42,497 nucleotides of DNA from a virus (taxonomy: Duplodnaviria; Caudoviricetes), in IMG/VR virus record IMGVR_UViG_3300037423_000981, positions 1 through 42,497 of that record. One strand, 5' to 3'. The number at the start of each line of letters is the position of its first letter. Position 1 is the stretch's first letter. The notes beneath the pieces are model-generated. The model did no database searches and was not told where the DNA came from. It worked only from the letters and a program-made list of their open reading frames with translations. Of the stretch, positions 15,967 to 25,852 are shown piece after piece. The position numbers and the translations under genes are program-made.

Positions 15967-17246
15967 CGACCCAGCGTCTCGAGTTGCCGCCCAAACTAAT
16001 TCCCGTGTTTACAGGCGAAGCGGATTATCGTGGAGCATACGGTGGACGTGGCTCTGCAAAGACGCGGAGCTTCGCCAAGATGACGGCTGTTCGAGCAATT
16101 CAGAGCGCTGCGTCCAATGACAGCGGGCTGATCGTCTGCGCCCGCGAGTTTATGAACTCTCTGGACGAATCCTCCCTTGCTGAAGTCAAAGCGGCGATTG
16201 CATCTGAGCCTTGGCTGGCCGAACATTTCGATGTCGGCGAGAAATATGTCCGCACCCGCTGTGGACGCATCGAATATGATTTCGTGGGTCTCGCCAGACA
16301 CTTGGATAGCATCAAGTCGAAAGCGCATATCCGTCTGCTGTGGGTGGATGAAGCGGAGCCTGTTTCAGAGGCGGCTTGGTCGAAGGCAGTCAACACGGTT
16401 CGCGAGGATGGCGCGGAGATATGGGTAACGTGGAACCCGGAGCGTAAGAACAGCGACACTCATAAGCGTTTCAGGATCGATCCGCCCAAGCGGTCCAAGA
16501 TCATCGAACTCAATTGGAGGGATAATCCATGGTTCCCCGAGACGCTCAACCGCAAGCGCCTCGACGATCTTGAGAAGCGTCCAGACAGCTACCAGCACGT
16601 CTGGGAAGGCGGGTTCGTCACGGCGATGGAGGGCGCATACTTCGCATCCGCGTTGACTGAGGCTAAGGCTAATGGTCGTATCTGCAACGTCGACTTCGAT
16701 CCGATGATGACGGTGCGCTTGTTTTGCGACATCGGCGGCACCGGAGCGAAGGCAGATGCCTTCTCCATGTGGCCGGCGCAATTCATCGGCGATGAGATCA
16801 GGGTGAGGGACTATTACGAAGCTGTCGGCCAGCCGCTTTCATCCCACATAGCGTGGCTCGCGAAGATGGGTTACGGCCCTGGCAAGGCGCAGTTTTGGCT
16901 ACCACATGACGGCGCCACCCATGACCGAGTTTACGCTGTCAGTTACGAGTCCGCGCTACGATCTGCTGGCTATCAAGTTACGGTTGTGCCTAACCAGGGG
17001 CGAGGCGCTGCCGCCGATCGGGTTGAAGTGGCTCGACGACTGTTCCCCAAGATCAAGTTTGATGAAGGGACCACCGAAGCAGGGCGCGATGCCTTGGGCT
17101 GGTATCATGAGAAACGCGATGACAAGCGAGGTATAGGACTAGGGCCGGAACACGACTGGTCGAGCCATGCTGCAGACGCCTTCGGGCTCATGTGCGTCGC
17201 TCACAAACCGCCGAAGATACAGCGGGTGCAGATCGTCGGCATCTGA
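15963..17246 (+). CDS. terL: Terminase large subunit (PBSX-like)
   Basis: GGRGSAKT Walker A, LLWVDEAE Walker B, TWNP, HAADA. Confidence 0.95.
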   Translation: MTTQRLELPPKLIPVFTGEADYRGAYGGRGSAKTRSFAKMTAVRAIQSAASNDSGLIVCAREFMNSLDESSLAEVKAAIASEPWLAEHFDVGEKYVRTRCGRIEYDFVGLARHLDSIKSKAHIRLLWVDEAEPVSEAAWSKAVNTVREDGAEIWVTWNPERKNSDTHKRFRIDPPKRSKIIELNWRDNPWFPETLNRKRLDDLEKRPDSYQHVWEGGFVTAMEGAYFASALTEAKANGRICNVDFDPMMTVRLFCDIGGTGAKADAFSMWPAQFIGDEIRVRDYYEAVGQPLSSHIAWLAKMGYGPGKAQFWLPHDGATHDRVYAVSYESALRSAGYQVTVVPNQGRGAAADRVEVARRLFPKIKFDEGTTEAGRDALGWYHEKRDDKRGIGLGPEHDWSSHAADAFGLMCVAHKPPKIQRVQIVGI

Positions 17247-17266
17247 CAAACCTAACCCGCGCTCCC
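17247..17266 (+). promoter_or_regulatory. Late promoter motif 2 (before portal)
   Basis: CAAACCTA-acccg-CGCTCCC; TAGCGT at +30. Confidence 0.8.
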
Positions 17267-17291
17267 CGTTGCTGCGTAGCGTTCGCAGAGC

Positions 17292-18755
17292 ATGGCCGGC
17301 ACAGGTGTAAGAGCGACCCACGCGGATTACGACGCCTATTCCGCGAAGTGGAAAAGGTGCCGCGATGTCGTCGCCGGTCAAGACGCGATGCATACTGCGC
17401 GCACGGCCTACCTACCCAAGCTTAAGGACGAAAGCGACGGTGCTGACGGCTATCTCAACGGCACATCGGACGGAGATTACGGCGCGAGGCTGAAGCGCAG
17501 CGACTTCTTCAACGCGACGTGGCGCACGATCGATGCTTTGGGCGGCATGGTCTTCCGCAAGCCGATCAAGGTCGAAGTCCCCGCTGGGATCAAGGACTAT
17601 CTCGATGACATCACCATGTCCGGCGTGTCGATGGAGGACTTCGCCAAGGAAATCCTCGAGGATGAACTGGCGGTAGGCCGCATCGGCATCCTGGTCGATT
17701 ATCCTCAACGTCCTGACAATGTTGTTCCGCTCACCGTCGCTGCCGCCCAGGCGCAGGGTTATCGCCCGACGCTTCAGCTTTATTCAGCCGAGAATATCCG
17801 CAACTGGAAGTTCACCCGCATCAACAATTCATGGATGCTGAGCATGGTCGTGCTTGGCGAGAAGGCGCCAGTTCCCAAGGACGAGTTCACCGATGACATG
17901 GAGGACCGTTATCGCGTCCTCGATCTGGAGAACGGCTCGTACCGGCAACGATTGTTCAAGGTCGTCGACCAGAAAGATGTCTTGATCGACGAGTTCTACC
18001 CGCTGATGAACAACGCGCCGCTCGACTTCATCCCGTTCAAAATCGTTGATCCCAACGGCAAGGGCGACTGCATCGATGAGCCGCCGCTGATCGATCTGGT
18101 GGACAAGAACGTCGCCCATTATCAGGTCAACTCAGACTATCGGCACGGACTGCACTTCACTGCGTTGCCGGTAGCCTTCTTCGCTGGGCTGCAGCTCGAT
18201 GAAGGCGAGAAGATCACCATCGGCTCGTCATCGGCAATCGTCGCACCAGATCCCACCGCCAAGGCGAGCTACCTCGAGTTCAGCGGCGATGGGCTGAAGA
18301 CGATCGAAAGCGCGCTCACCCGCCTTGAGACGCAGATGGCGCTGCTCGGCGCCCGGATGATCGCCGACGAGACCAAGAGTGCGGTCGAGACCTTGGGCGG
18401 AACGATCATCAAGCGCGCCGGCGAGAATGCCGTGCTGTCAAAGATCTCGCGTTCGGTCAGCCGTGCGCTCGAATGGGCATTGGGCGTATTTGCCGATTGG
18501 GCAGGCTCGCCGGGGAAAATCACTTACGAGCTTAATCGCGACTTCATCCCGCCAGCAATGGATGGACGCCAGTTGGTTGCTCTGGTCACTGCGGTACAGG
18601 GCGGCTTCATCAGTCACGAAGAGTTCTTTGAGCTAATGCAGCGGTCGGACGTGATCGACAGCGACAAGACGTTCGAGGAGCATCAGGCGCAGGTAGACGC
18701 GCAGGGACCGACTGCTGTTCCAGCGCCATCACCGCAACAGGGAGCAGCGGCGTGA
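17292..18755 (+). CDS. Portal protein (DUF4055-like)
   Basis: YLP..Y.ARL..FFNAT.RT...G.VF.K; PPLIDL...N.AHYQ..SDY. Confidence 0.9.
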   Translation: MAGTGVRATHADYDAYSAKWKRCRDVVAGQDAMHTARTAYLPKLKDESDGADGYLNGTSDGDYGARLKRSDFFNATWRTIDALGGMVFRKPIKVEVPAGIKDYLDDITMSGVSMEDFAKEILEDELAVGRIGILVDYPQRPDNVVPLTVAAAQAQGYRPTLQLYSAENIRNWKFTRINNSWMLSMVVLGEKAPVPKDEFTDDMEDRYRVLDLENGSYRQRLFKVVDQKDVLIDEFYPLMNNAPLDFIPFKIVDPNGKGDCIDEPPLIDLVDKNVAHYQVNSDYRHGLHFTALPVAFFAGLQLDEGEKITIGSSSAIVAPDPTAKASYLEFSGDGLKTIESALTRLETQMALLGARMIADETKSAVETLGGTIIKRAGENAVLSKISRSVSRALEWALGVFADWAGSPGKITYELNRDFIPPAMDGRQLVALVTAVQGGFISHEEFFELMQRSDVIDSDKTFEEHQAQVDAQGPTAVPAPSPQQGAAA

Positions 18756-18997
18756 CAGCCAAACTTCTTGCCATCGAGCCAGAGCCGTGCGTGTCTCCTG
18801 ATGTTATCGGGAAACTAACAACCGTTTGCGATTGGGTGCAGCACGATCAGGTCTCATCTATTGGGATCGCTGTCGTGCATCGCGACGGATCTATCAGCAC
18901 AACGTGGTCAACCCCGTGCGCGCTCGTCACCCTTCTCGGGGCTGTCGAGCGCCTGAAGCACCGCCTCAACTCCGAAATGGATGCGGGCCACCCGTGA
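18752..18997 (+). CDS. Hypothetical protein
   Basis: GTGA coupling on both sides. Confidence 0.65.
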   Translation: MTAKLLAIEPEPCVSPDVIGKLTTVCDWVQHDQVSSIGIAVVHRDGSISTTWSTPCALVTLLGAVERLKHRLNSEMDAGHP

Positions 18998-20010
18998 GCG
19001 AATTGGAACTCCGTGACGCGATCATTCGCCACGCGCTCCAGCTTCAGCGATTGGCAGCCGGTCAATCGGCCGATGTGGACAAGATCCTCGCCCAGCTAGA
19101 GGCCGAACTCAGAGCGCTGCTCAACTCCAACGTCTTGAGCGAAGCAGGCAAGCGCGAGATTCAGCAGCTCATCAACCAGGCCGATGAACTGATTACCCCG
19201 GCCTATGCCGATGTCGCATCAGCGGTCGATACCCATGCCCTTGCCATCGTCGTCGCGGAAAAGACCGTTCAAGCGCTTGAGGACGTGCTTCCGGTCACCA
19301 TCGCTACTCCAACTGCCGAACGCCTCGCCAGCCTCACCAAAGACGTGATGATCGATGGTGCTCCGTCATCGGCATGGTGGGACAAGCAGGCTGAAGACAC
19401 GGTGTTCAAGTTCGCCGCGGCGGTCAGACAAGGCGTGATTAACGGCGAGACGAATGAGGCCATCGTTGCCCGCGTTGCCGGATCGCGAGACACCACAGGG
19501 ATACTGGACGTTGCGCGAAGGAATGCCCGTGCTCTGGTTCACTCATCCGTCATGTCTGCAGCCAACGATGCGCGGCTCGCTACCTTTCGTAAAAATTCGC
19601 GGTTCGTTTCAGGAGTTCGCTGGCTTTCGACGCTCGACAGCCACACCTGCATCACCTGCGCCGCTCTCGACGGGCAGGCGTGGAATCTTCAGGGCGACAA
19701 GATCAGCGGTACCGAACTCGACTTCACCGCGCCGCCCAAGCACTGGTCATGCCGCTGTGTGCTCTCGCCGATCCCCAAGGGCTTCAGCGATCTTGGATTG
19801 AACATCGATGTGCCTGAGGGAACGCGGGCGTCATCGCAAGGTCCGGTGCCGGCAACAACCACATTCGCCGATTTCCTCAAGCGGCAGTCGCCTGAGTTTG
19901 TCGATAAGGTGCTCGGGGCGAGAAGGACTGAGTTGTTTCTCAACGGTAAACTTACACTCACCGATCTGGTGAGCGGAACCGGGCGCCCACTGACGCTCGA
20001 GGAATTGTGA
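18994..20010 (+). CDS. Minor head morphogenesis protein (SPP1 gp7 / Mu gpF family)
   Basis: WLSTLDSHTCITCAALDG, PPKHWSCRC. Confidence 0.9.
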   Translation: MSELELRDAIIRHALQLQRLAAGQSADVDKILAQLEAELRALLNSNVLSEAGKREIQQLINQADELITPAYADVASAVDTHALAIVVAEKTVQALEDVLPVTIATPTAERLASLTKDVMIDGAPSSAWWDKQAEDTVFKFAAAVRQGVINGETNEAIVARVAGSRDTTGILDVARRNARALVHSSVMSAANDARLATFRKNSRFVSGVRWLSTLDSHTCITCAALDGQAWNLQGDKISGTELDFTAPPKHWSCRCVLSPIPKGFSDLGLNIDVPEGTRASSQGPVPATTTFADFLKRQSPEFVDKVLGARRTELFLNGKLTLTDLVSGTGRPLTLEEL

Positions 20011-20026
20011 GAGGAAGGAATTAATC

Positions 20027-20686
20027 ATGGCTGAGGACAAGACATTTACGAAAGCAGAGGTCGACGCGATGATCGAGGCCGCTGTTGCCAAGGTCGGCGA
20101 GAAGGTCGATGAGCTATCATCCAAGAATGCTGGCCTGCTCGATGATCTGAAGAAGGCCCAGCGCGAAGTGAGGGCTGCCAAGGACATCAAGCCGGAAGAT
20201 CTGGCCGCGGAATCGGAGCGCGCCGACAAGGCCGAAGCTGCTCTGAATGAGGCAACCAAGAACCTCAAGGCAATCACGACCGAGCGCGACAAGGCGATGA
20301 AGGCGCTGGAAACCGAGCAGGGTGCGGCCCGCACTTATGCGCTCGACGCTGAGATTAACTCGGCTATCGCGTCGGGCAATATCGTGCCGGCATTGGTTCC
20401 CGCGTTCATGGCGATGGTCAAGCAGCAGGCCAAGGCCGATCTGGTCGACGGCAAATATGCTGTGAGCATCGGCGACAAGCCCGCGACTGACTATATCAAG
20501 ACGTTCCTCGAGAGCGAGGACGGCAAGGCGTTCAAGGCCGCTCCGATCAATGGCGGCGGCGGCTCGCCCGGTGGACAGGGGCAGGGCGGTAGCGGCAAGA
20601 CCATTCCCCGCTCTCAGTTCGATGGATTGAGCCAACCCGAGCGCGTCACGTTTGCCAAGGAAGGCGGCAAAGTCGTCGACGCTTAA
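20027..20686 (+). CDS. Capsid scaffolding protein
   Basis: Coiled coil with Gly-rich C-terminal linker; upstream of the capsid gene. Confidence 0.8.
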   Translation: MAEDKTFTKAEVDAMIEAAVAKVGEKVDELSSKNAGLLDDLKKAQREVRAAKDIKPEDLAAESERADKAEAALNEATKNLKAITTERDKAMKALETEQGAARTYALDAEINSAIASGNIVPALVPAFMAMVKQQAKADLVDGKYAVSIGDKPATDYIKTFLESEDGKAFKAAPINGGGGSPGGQGQGGSGKTIPRSQFDGLSQPERVTFAKEGGKVVDA

Positions 20687-20717
20687 CGAGGCGGCAGGAA
20701 TGCGCTATGAGTTGCCC

Positions 20718-21092
20718 ATGCGCTTCCTGCCCGTCTTGCTACTCGCTGTAGCAACCCCATCCTTCGCGGCTGAGCAGTTCGATCTGCAATGCTCTGGCTC
20801 AGTCTATGATGGTGGGCCTATCAGCCGCCATTACCGCGTCGATTTAACGGCCAACAAATGGTGTGCCAACGGCGACAATGGCGTCTGTGCGACCAGACCG
20901 ATTGCCGAAACCGATCCGGATCTGATCTGGTTCGAAAAGGAGCCACGCAAGTTTCCCAGCGATGTGGGGATCATCCACTATGTCAGCCGGCTCAATGGCA
21001 AATGGTACTGGCATCTGGGACCAATGGAAGTCGAAGGAACCTGCGAGAAGGCTCCCTTTTCCGGTTTCCCCAAGCTAGACACCAAGTTCTAG
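20718..21092 (+). CDS. Secreted Cys-containing moron protein
   Basis: Signal peptide MRFLPVLLLAVATPSFA; 4 Cys; own TTAACG-N15-GCTATGAG promoter at 20683-20711. Confidence 0.75.
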   Translation: MRFLPVLLLAVATPSFAAEQFDLQCSGSVYDGGPISRHYRVDLTANKWCANGDNGVCATRPIAETDPDLIWFEKEPRKFPSDVGIIHYVSRLNGKWYWHLGPMEVEGTCEKAPFSGFPKLDTKF

Positions 21093-21096
21093 CGCT

Positions 21097-21116
21097 CAAA
21101 CCTATCTAGCGCTCCC
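21097..21116 (+). promoter_or_regulatory. Late promoter motif 3 (before capsid)
   Basis: CAAACCTA-tctag-CGCTCCC; TAATCT at +30. Confidence 0.8.
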
Positions 21117-21139
21117 CATACCCACATAATCTTTCGCTT

Positions 21140-21189
21140 GGCCGGTGGACCCGGCCCCGCGACCGCCAGTGGACCTGGCTGCGGATGCA
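21140..21189 (+). promoter_or_regulatory. Tandem GGA-loop hairpins in the capsid 5' leader
   Basis: GGCCGG-TGGAC-CCGGCC; GCCAG-TGGAC-CTGGC; TGC-GGAT-GCA. Confidence 0.65.
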
Positions 21190-21213
21190 CATTCTGCAAC
21201 CGGAGTCATACCA

Positions 21214-22362
21214 ATGGCGAACGTCTTCACCAATCTTGCCGCAGACATCTACAAGGCCGCTGACATTGTCGGCCGCGAAGTCGTCGGCTTTGTTTCATCG
21301 GGCACCATCAACGGTGGCACCGAGCGCGCCGCGAAGGGCGATACCGTCCGATCCGCATTCACTCGCCCGCAGACGGTCAACACGACCTACGCGCCGAGCA
21401 TGACCATTCCCGAGGGCACCGATCAGACGGTCGATAACAAGACCGTGGTCCTCAACAGCTACGTCTCGGTGCAGATCCCGTACACCGGAGAGGACATCAA
21501 GCACCTCAACAACGGCATCGGCTACGAGACCGTTTATGGCGACCAGATCGCCCAGGCATATCGTACCTGCGTCAACAAGATCGAGCTCGACGGCTGGAAC
21601 GAAGCCCGCAAGAACGCAACCCGCGCTTATGGTACGGCGGGAACCACTCCGTTCGCGTCTAACTTCAACGATCTGGCCCAGGTCCAGAAGATCCTCGTCG
21701 ACAATGGTATGCCGTTCGATGGCCAGCTGTCGGCAATCTACGACACGACCAGCATGGCGAACCTGCAGTCGCTCTCGCAGCTGCAGAAAATGAACGAGGC
21801 CGGCACTGGCGAACTGCTTCGGCAGGGCTCCGTCGCTGAGCTGATGGGCTTCATCCTGAAGCGTTCGGCGCAGATCGGTGTCACGACCAAGGGCACTGGC
21901 GCCTCCTACACGACCGACACCGCTGGTTATGCGGTCGGAGCGACGGCAATCACGCTCATCACCGGCACGGGCACGATCCTTGCGGGCGATGTCGTGACGT
22001 TCGCTGGCGACACCAACAAGTATGTGGTCGCGGTCGGCAATACGGCGCCTGGCGTAATCACGCTGGCCTCTCCCGGCCTTCGCGTGGCGATCCCGACTTC
22101 GGCCACTGCAATGACGATCGGCGGCAACTTCACGGCAAACGTTGCCCTGCACCGCAATGCAATCGAGCTTGCCATGCGTCCGCCTGCCCAGCCTGAAGGC
22201 GGCGACGCTGCTGTCGACAACATGGTTGTGCAAGATCCGCATTCGGGCCTCACCTTCGAACTGGCGGCCTACAAGGGCTACCAGAAGATGATGATTGAGG
22301 TCCGCGCGCTCTACCAGTGGAAGGCGTGGAAGCCCGACGCGATCGTCTTGCACCTCGGCTAG
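21214..22362 (+). CDS. Major capsid protein (P22 coat-like)
   Basis: 382 aa; DIVGREVVGF; insertion domain GTILAGDVVTFAG; follows the scaffold gene. Confidence 0.9.
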   Translation: MANVFTNLAADIYKAADIVGREVVGFVSSGTINGGTERAAKGDTVRSAFTRPQTVNTTYAPSMTIPEGTDQTVDNKTVVLNSYVSVQIPYTGEDIKHLNNGIGYETVYGDQIAQAYRTCVNKIELDGWNEARKNATRAYGTAGTTPFASNFNDLAQVQKILVDNGMPFDGQLSAIYDTTSMANLQSLSQLQKMNEAGTGELLRQGSVAELMGFILKRSAQIGVTTKGTGASYTTDTAGYAVGATAITLITGTGTILAGDVVTFAGDTNKYVVAVGNTAPGVITLASPGLRVAIPTSATAMTIGGNFTANVALHRNAIELAMRPPAQPEGGDAAVDNMVVQDPHSGLTFELAAYKGYQKMMIEVRALYQWKAWKPDAIVLHLG

Positions 22363-22421
22363 TCGACTTGGAGCCGGGGCGGCCCCTTGGTCCCGGCTCC
22401 ATCCTTTGAGGAGAGCCAGAC

Positions 22422-22568
22422 ATGGCAGCGAAGAAGAAGCCCGAACCAAAGGCTGCGGTTGAAGAGGCTGAGCCCAAGCAGGTTCACATGCGCCGCGGCG
22501 ATGCCAATGCCTACGTGTCACCTGCGGAGGTGGACACCTTCATCGAGGCCGGATGGGAGAAGGCATGA
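22422..22568 (+). CDS. Small capsid-adjacent protein (48 aa)
   Basis: Manual ORF MAAKKKPE...VSPAEVDTFIEAGWEKA; SD GAGGAG. Confidence 0.7.
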   Translation: MAAKKKPEPKAAVEEAEPKQVHMRRGDANAYVSPAEVDTFIEAGWEKA

Positions 22569-22759
22569 ACAAGGTCCACACGATCAAGGGCCTCATCGAC
22601 CGTGATCTGCTCACTGTGAACGACATCGTGAGCGAAGACGACAATTCGCGCGCAGTCGCGACCGAATGGTTTCTCGATGGTGAATTGGTGCGGCGCGATG
22701 TCGCGGTTTCGATCCTTCGCGGCCAAGCTCTGGCTGGCGAGCAAGCGGAGATGGCATAG
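22565..22759 (+). CDS. Hypothetical virion protein (64 aa)
   Basis: ATGA coupling; ends LRGQALAGEQAEMA. Confidence 0.7.
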   Translation: MNKVHTIKGLIDRDLLTVNDIVSEDDNSRAVATEWFLDGELVRRDVAVSILRGQALAGEQAEMA

Positions 22760-23238
22760 TGGCGAACACTCAGGCAATTTGCGACAGCTTCCGTGTCGAC
22801 CTGCTCAACGGCACTCACGCTTTCGGAGCACAGGGCGCTAACGGCACTCGCACCGTCACTACCAAGGACGTGTTCAAGGCCGCGCTGTATCTCGCTTCCG
22901 CCACGATCAACCGCTCAACGACCGCTTACTCGGCGACGGGAGAACTAGCGGCTACCGGTAACTATACGGCTGGCGGCGTCACAGTCACGAACGCCACTGC
23001 GCCGGCCAACACTGGCGGAACAGGCATTGTCGCCTTCTGGACGCCATCGGCTTCGCTGTCGTGGGCCAACCTCACCAGTTCGGGCGCGTTCGACGCTATG
23101 CTGCTCTACAACTCGAGCAACACGGCCAATGCGGCAGTCGCGGTGTTCACGTTCGGCTCGCAGAGCGTCACGGCTGGCACATTCACCCTGACGATGCCGA
23201 CCAATGATCTTACCAACGGGTTGATCCGCCTCTCGTAA
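22759..23238 (+). CDS. Beta-rich structural (fiber or decoration) protein
   Basis: Thr/Ala/Gly-rich; F..DLL.G.H.F...FKAALY...YTAGG pattern. Confidence 0.7.
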   Translation: MANTQAICDSFRVDLLNGTHAFGAQGANGTRTVTTKDVFKAALYLASATINRSTTAYSATGELAATGNYTAGGVTVTNATAPANTGGTGIVAFWTPSASLSWANLTSSGAFDAMLLYNSSNTANAAVAVFTFGSQSVTAGTFTLTMPTNDLTNGLIRLS

Positions 23239-23263
23239 GACCCCTTACCAGGAGGTCTGACGC

Positions 23264-25840
23264 ATGTACTTCGTCGGCTCGAAATCAGGCGGTTACTCCT
23301 CCACCAGCACGCAATCGATCTCACTGACGAACCTGCTTGGCATCGGGGGCACCTCGCTCACCGTCAAGCAGAACGACCTGGTGATTGTCAGTGTCTCGCA
23401 TTCGATGGCGACGACAGCCAGCAGGACACTGGCGCAGCTCACCCCGGTTGATCCATCTGCGGCAAACTATAGCAGCCCGCTCGGTTCGTCGGTCCAGTCC
23501 AACGATACCAATGCTGTCTCGCTCGGTCTGTTCTACAAGTTCATGGGGTCCACCCCAGACGCAACGGTAACGCTGCCGGCTTGCGCTGCTTCGACCAACA
23601 GCATTGCCTACACAATTGCGATTTGGCGAGGCGTCGATCAGACCACTCCATTCGCGGGGGTAACGGTCACAACGGCGAGCGGGGCCAATACAGGTCTTGC
23701 TGATCCGCCATCGGTCACAACCCCGACAACGCCCAAGGATTGCGTTGTAGGTGGCGCGTTCGGTGCGGCTGTCGCTTCGGCTAGTGTCTTCACGAATAGC
23801 GGGGCCACGCCTTACGACACGGCGACCAATCTCTTTTCCTCGGGCGTTCAGAACACGGCCACCAACCGCTCTGTCAGCGGCATGGGGTTCAAGCGTGGGA
23901 TGGCCGTCAGTACCGCGTTCAATGCGGCAATTACTGGCTCGACGACGACAAATACAGGCTCATGGGCAGCGGTTGCTTTTGTCCTCAAGCCAGACACAAG
24001 TCTTTCTGCCGGTTCAACTCTTACGGACGACTTCAGCTCCGATAGTCTGACATCCGGAACGCCTGACGGGTTCAACCAGAATGCGGCCTGCACCGCCACG
24101 GTAACAGGCGGCGAACTCGTCATTCAACCAGACAATGCGACAGTCGGCTATAATGGGCGATACAGCAGCGCATATTATTCACTACGCGGGCAGTCGATCT
24201 ACGCTGCGCTAACTCAAGCGCCGAGCGGGGTGACCAATCCCGGCTTCTCGGACACGTTCTTTGGCTTCGCTTCGGACGATCGGGGAAACATAGGAATAGG
24301 AGTCTACGTCAACGGGGCAGGAGCGCTAACTCTGCGTCGTGGGCCAAACGGCGCCGATATTGGTTCGGGCACGTCCTACAATTCTACCAACCACTTCTTC
24401 TTCCGCATCTCGCACAACGACGCCAACGACCACCTCCTGCTTGACGGAGCTCCGAACAGCAGTGGTTCGCCAGGAACGTGGACGAATATCTATGACGTTT
24501 CCCGCCCGGTGGACGTGGACGTTGACTGCGGTCAAATCGCCTTCATTGGCGGCAACTTTGGCGGCGGTTCGACCCCGGGTGCGATCAAGTGGGACGGGCT
24601 TAATACCTCGCTAAGTGCCGGGACTTCCGTAGCGCTCACCGGTCAATCCGTATCTGGTGCGATTGGGGCGCTGCTGGCGGCGACTGCTCTGGCATTGTCA
24701 GGCGGTGCCCTCACAAGCTCTCAGGGAACGGTACAGCAGGGAGCGCCCTTAACCGGTCAATCTGTTGCTGCAGCCAAAGGCACGGCCTCTGGCGCTATCT
24801 CTGTCGCGCTCACAGGCCAATCGCTTTCGGTCGCACAAGGCAGCGTCTCGCTCGCAGGTCCGACCCTCACCGGACAATCTGGAACGGTTGCCCAAGGGAC
24901 CGCGGTTCCCGTCACGTCGATCGGTCTTACCGGACAGGCGCTTTCTGTCGCTCGCGGGACGGTCGCGCCAACATCAGCGCCAGTCCTCAGTGGGCAGGCC
25001 CTAGCCAGTGCTCAAGGGTCGGTGCTGCAGGGCGCTCCAATCACCGGGCAAGGCACGGCTGTAGGTCAAGGCTCGGCTGCGCCCATTGTGTCCGTTGGCC
25101 TCACTGGCCAATCGGTTTCAGGCTCAAGCGGCTCGGTCTCGCCCTCTTTCGCCCCAGCGCTTTCAGGTCAAAGTCTCACTGCGGCAGCGGGTTCTCTGGT
25201 TGCTGCCCGGAGCTTCGGTTTAAGCGGACAGTCTGTGGCCGGGTCGCAGGGGTCGGTCCTCGCTTCCTCCACCCTCGCACTGCTCGGGGGATCTCTCACC
25301 GCCTCGCAAGGTATCGTCACGGTCGCGGGGTCGTCCAACGTCACCGCTGCACTAACCGGCCAACCGCTAAGCGTTGCTCAGGGTTTGCTCACGTCCTCGA
25401 GCAGCGTTGGCGTTACCGGACAGCAGGCGACTGCAGCCAGAGGCTCGGTCATTGCTGCCCCCAGTATCGGTCTAAGCGGGTCCGCCACGCAACTGGCACA
25501 GGGGAGCATCAGCGCGAGCAGGTCGGTTGCTCTGACCGGTCAATCCCTCACCAGCGGGCAGGGAAGAGCGACATTCAGCCCGACTCTGACTGGCCAAGTC
25601 GCTGTCGTCAGTCTCGGCACGCTGCTACCGAGCATATCGCCTGCGTTAGCGGGGCAGGCACTCACTCTCGCTCAGAACGACCTGACGACGCGCCCTGCTG
25701 TTACCTACCCGTTGGCGGGCGTCTCGCAGCCCTATCCAGGCGTACCGCAAACCTATGACGCGCTCCCCGCTCAGCCGTACCCAATAGATACCGCTCAAAC
25801 CTATCCGCTGGAGGGCAAGAGCCAGAATTATCCGCTGTGA
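23264..25840 (+). CDS. 858-aa structural protein: N-terminal beta domains, 18 L[TS]GQ repeats, YP-repeat tail
   Basis: Translation; position between capsid and head-tail adaptor genes. Confidence 0.8.
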   Translation: MYFVGSKSGGYSSTSTQSISLTNLLGIGGTSLTVKQNDLVIVSVSHSMATTASRTLAQLTPVDPSAANYSSPLGSSVQSNDTNAVSLGLFYKFMGSTPDATVTLPACAASTNSIAYTIAIWRGVDQTTPFAGVTVTTASGANTGLADPPSVTTPTTPKDCVVGGAFGAAVASASVFTNSGATPYDTATNLFSSGVQNTATNRSVSGMGFKRGMAVSTAFNAAITGSTTTNTGSWAAVAFVLKPDTSLSAGSTLTDDFSSDSLTSGTPDGFNQNAACTATVTGGELVIQPDNATVGYNGRYSSAYYSLRGQSIYAALTQAPSGVTNPGFSDTFFGFASDDRGNIGIGVYVNGAGALTLRRGPNGADIGSGTSYNSTNHFFFRISHNDANDHLLLDGAPNSSGSPGTWTNIYDVSRPVDVDVDCGQIAFIGGNFGGGSTPGAIKWDGLNTSLSAGTSVALTGQSVSGAIGALLAATALALSGGALTSSQGTVQQGAPLTGQSVAAAKGTASGAISVALTGQSLSVAQGSVSLAGPTLTGQSGTVAQGTAVPVTSIGLTGQALSVARGTVAPTSAPVLSGQALASAQGSVLQGAPITGQGTAVGQGSAAPIVSVGLTGQSVSGSSGSVSPSFAPALSGQSLTAAAGSLVAARSFGLSGQSVAGSQGSVLASSTLALLGGSLTASQGIVTVAGSSNVTAALTGQPLSVAQGLLTSSSSVGVTGQQATAARGSVIAAPSIGLSGSATQLAQGSISASRSVALTGQSLTSGQGRATFSPTLTGQVAVVSLGTLLPSISPALAGQALTLAQNDLTTRPAVTYPLAGVSQPYPGVPQTYDALPAQPYPIDTAQTYPLEGKSQNYPL

Positions 25841-25852
25841 GGACCGGCTGAA

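Noticed and set aside
21295-22521. 408-aa antisense ORF over the capsid gene
   Set aside because: Shadow frame from strong GC3 codon bias; no motifs
24635-25680. CRISPR array or DNA tandem repeat
   Set aside because: Repeats are conserved only at protein level with divergent codons
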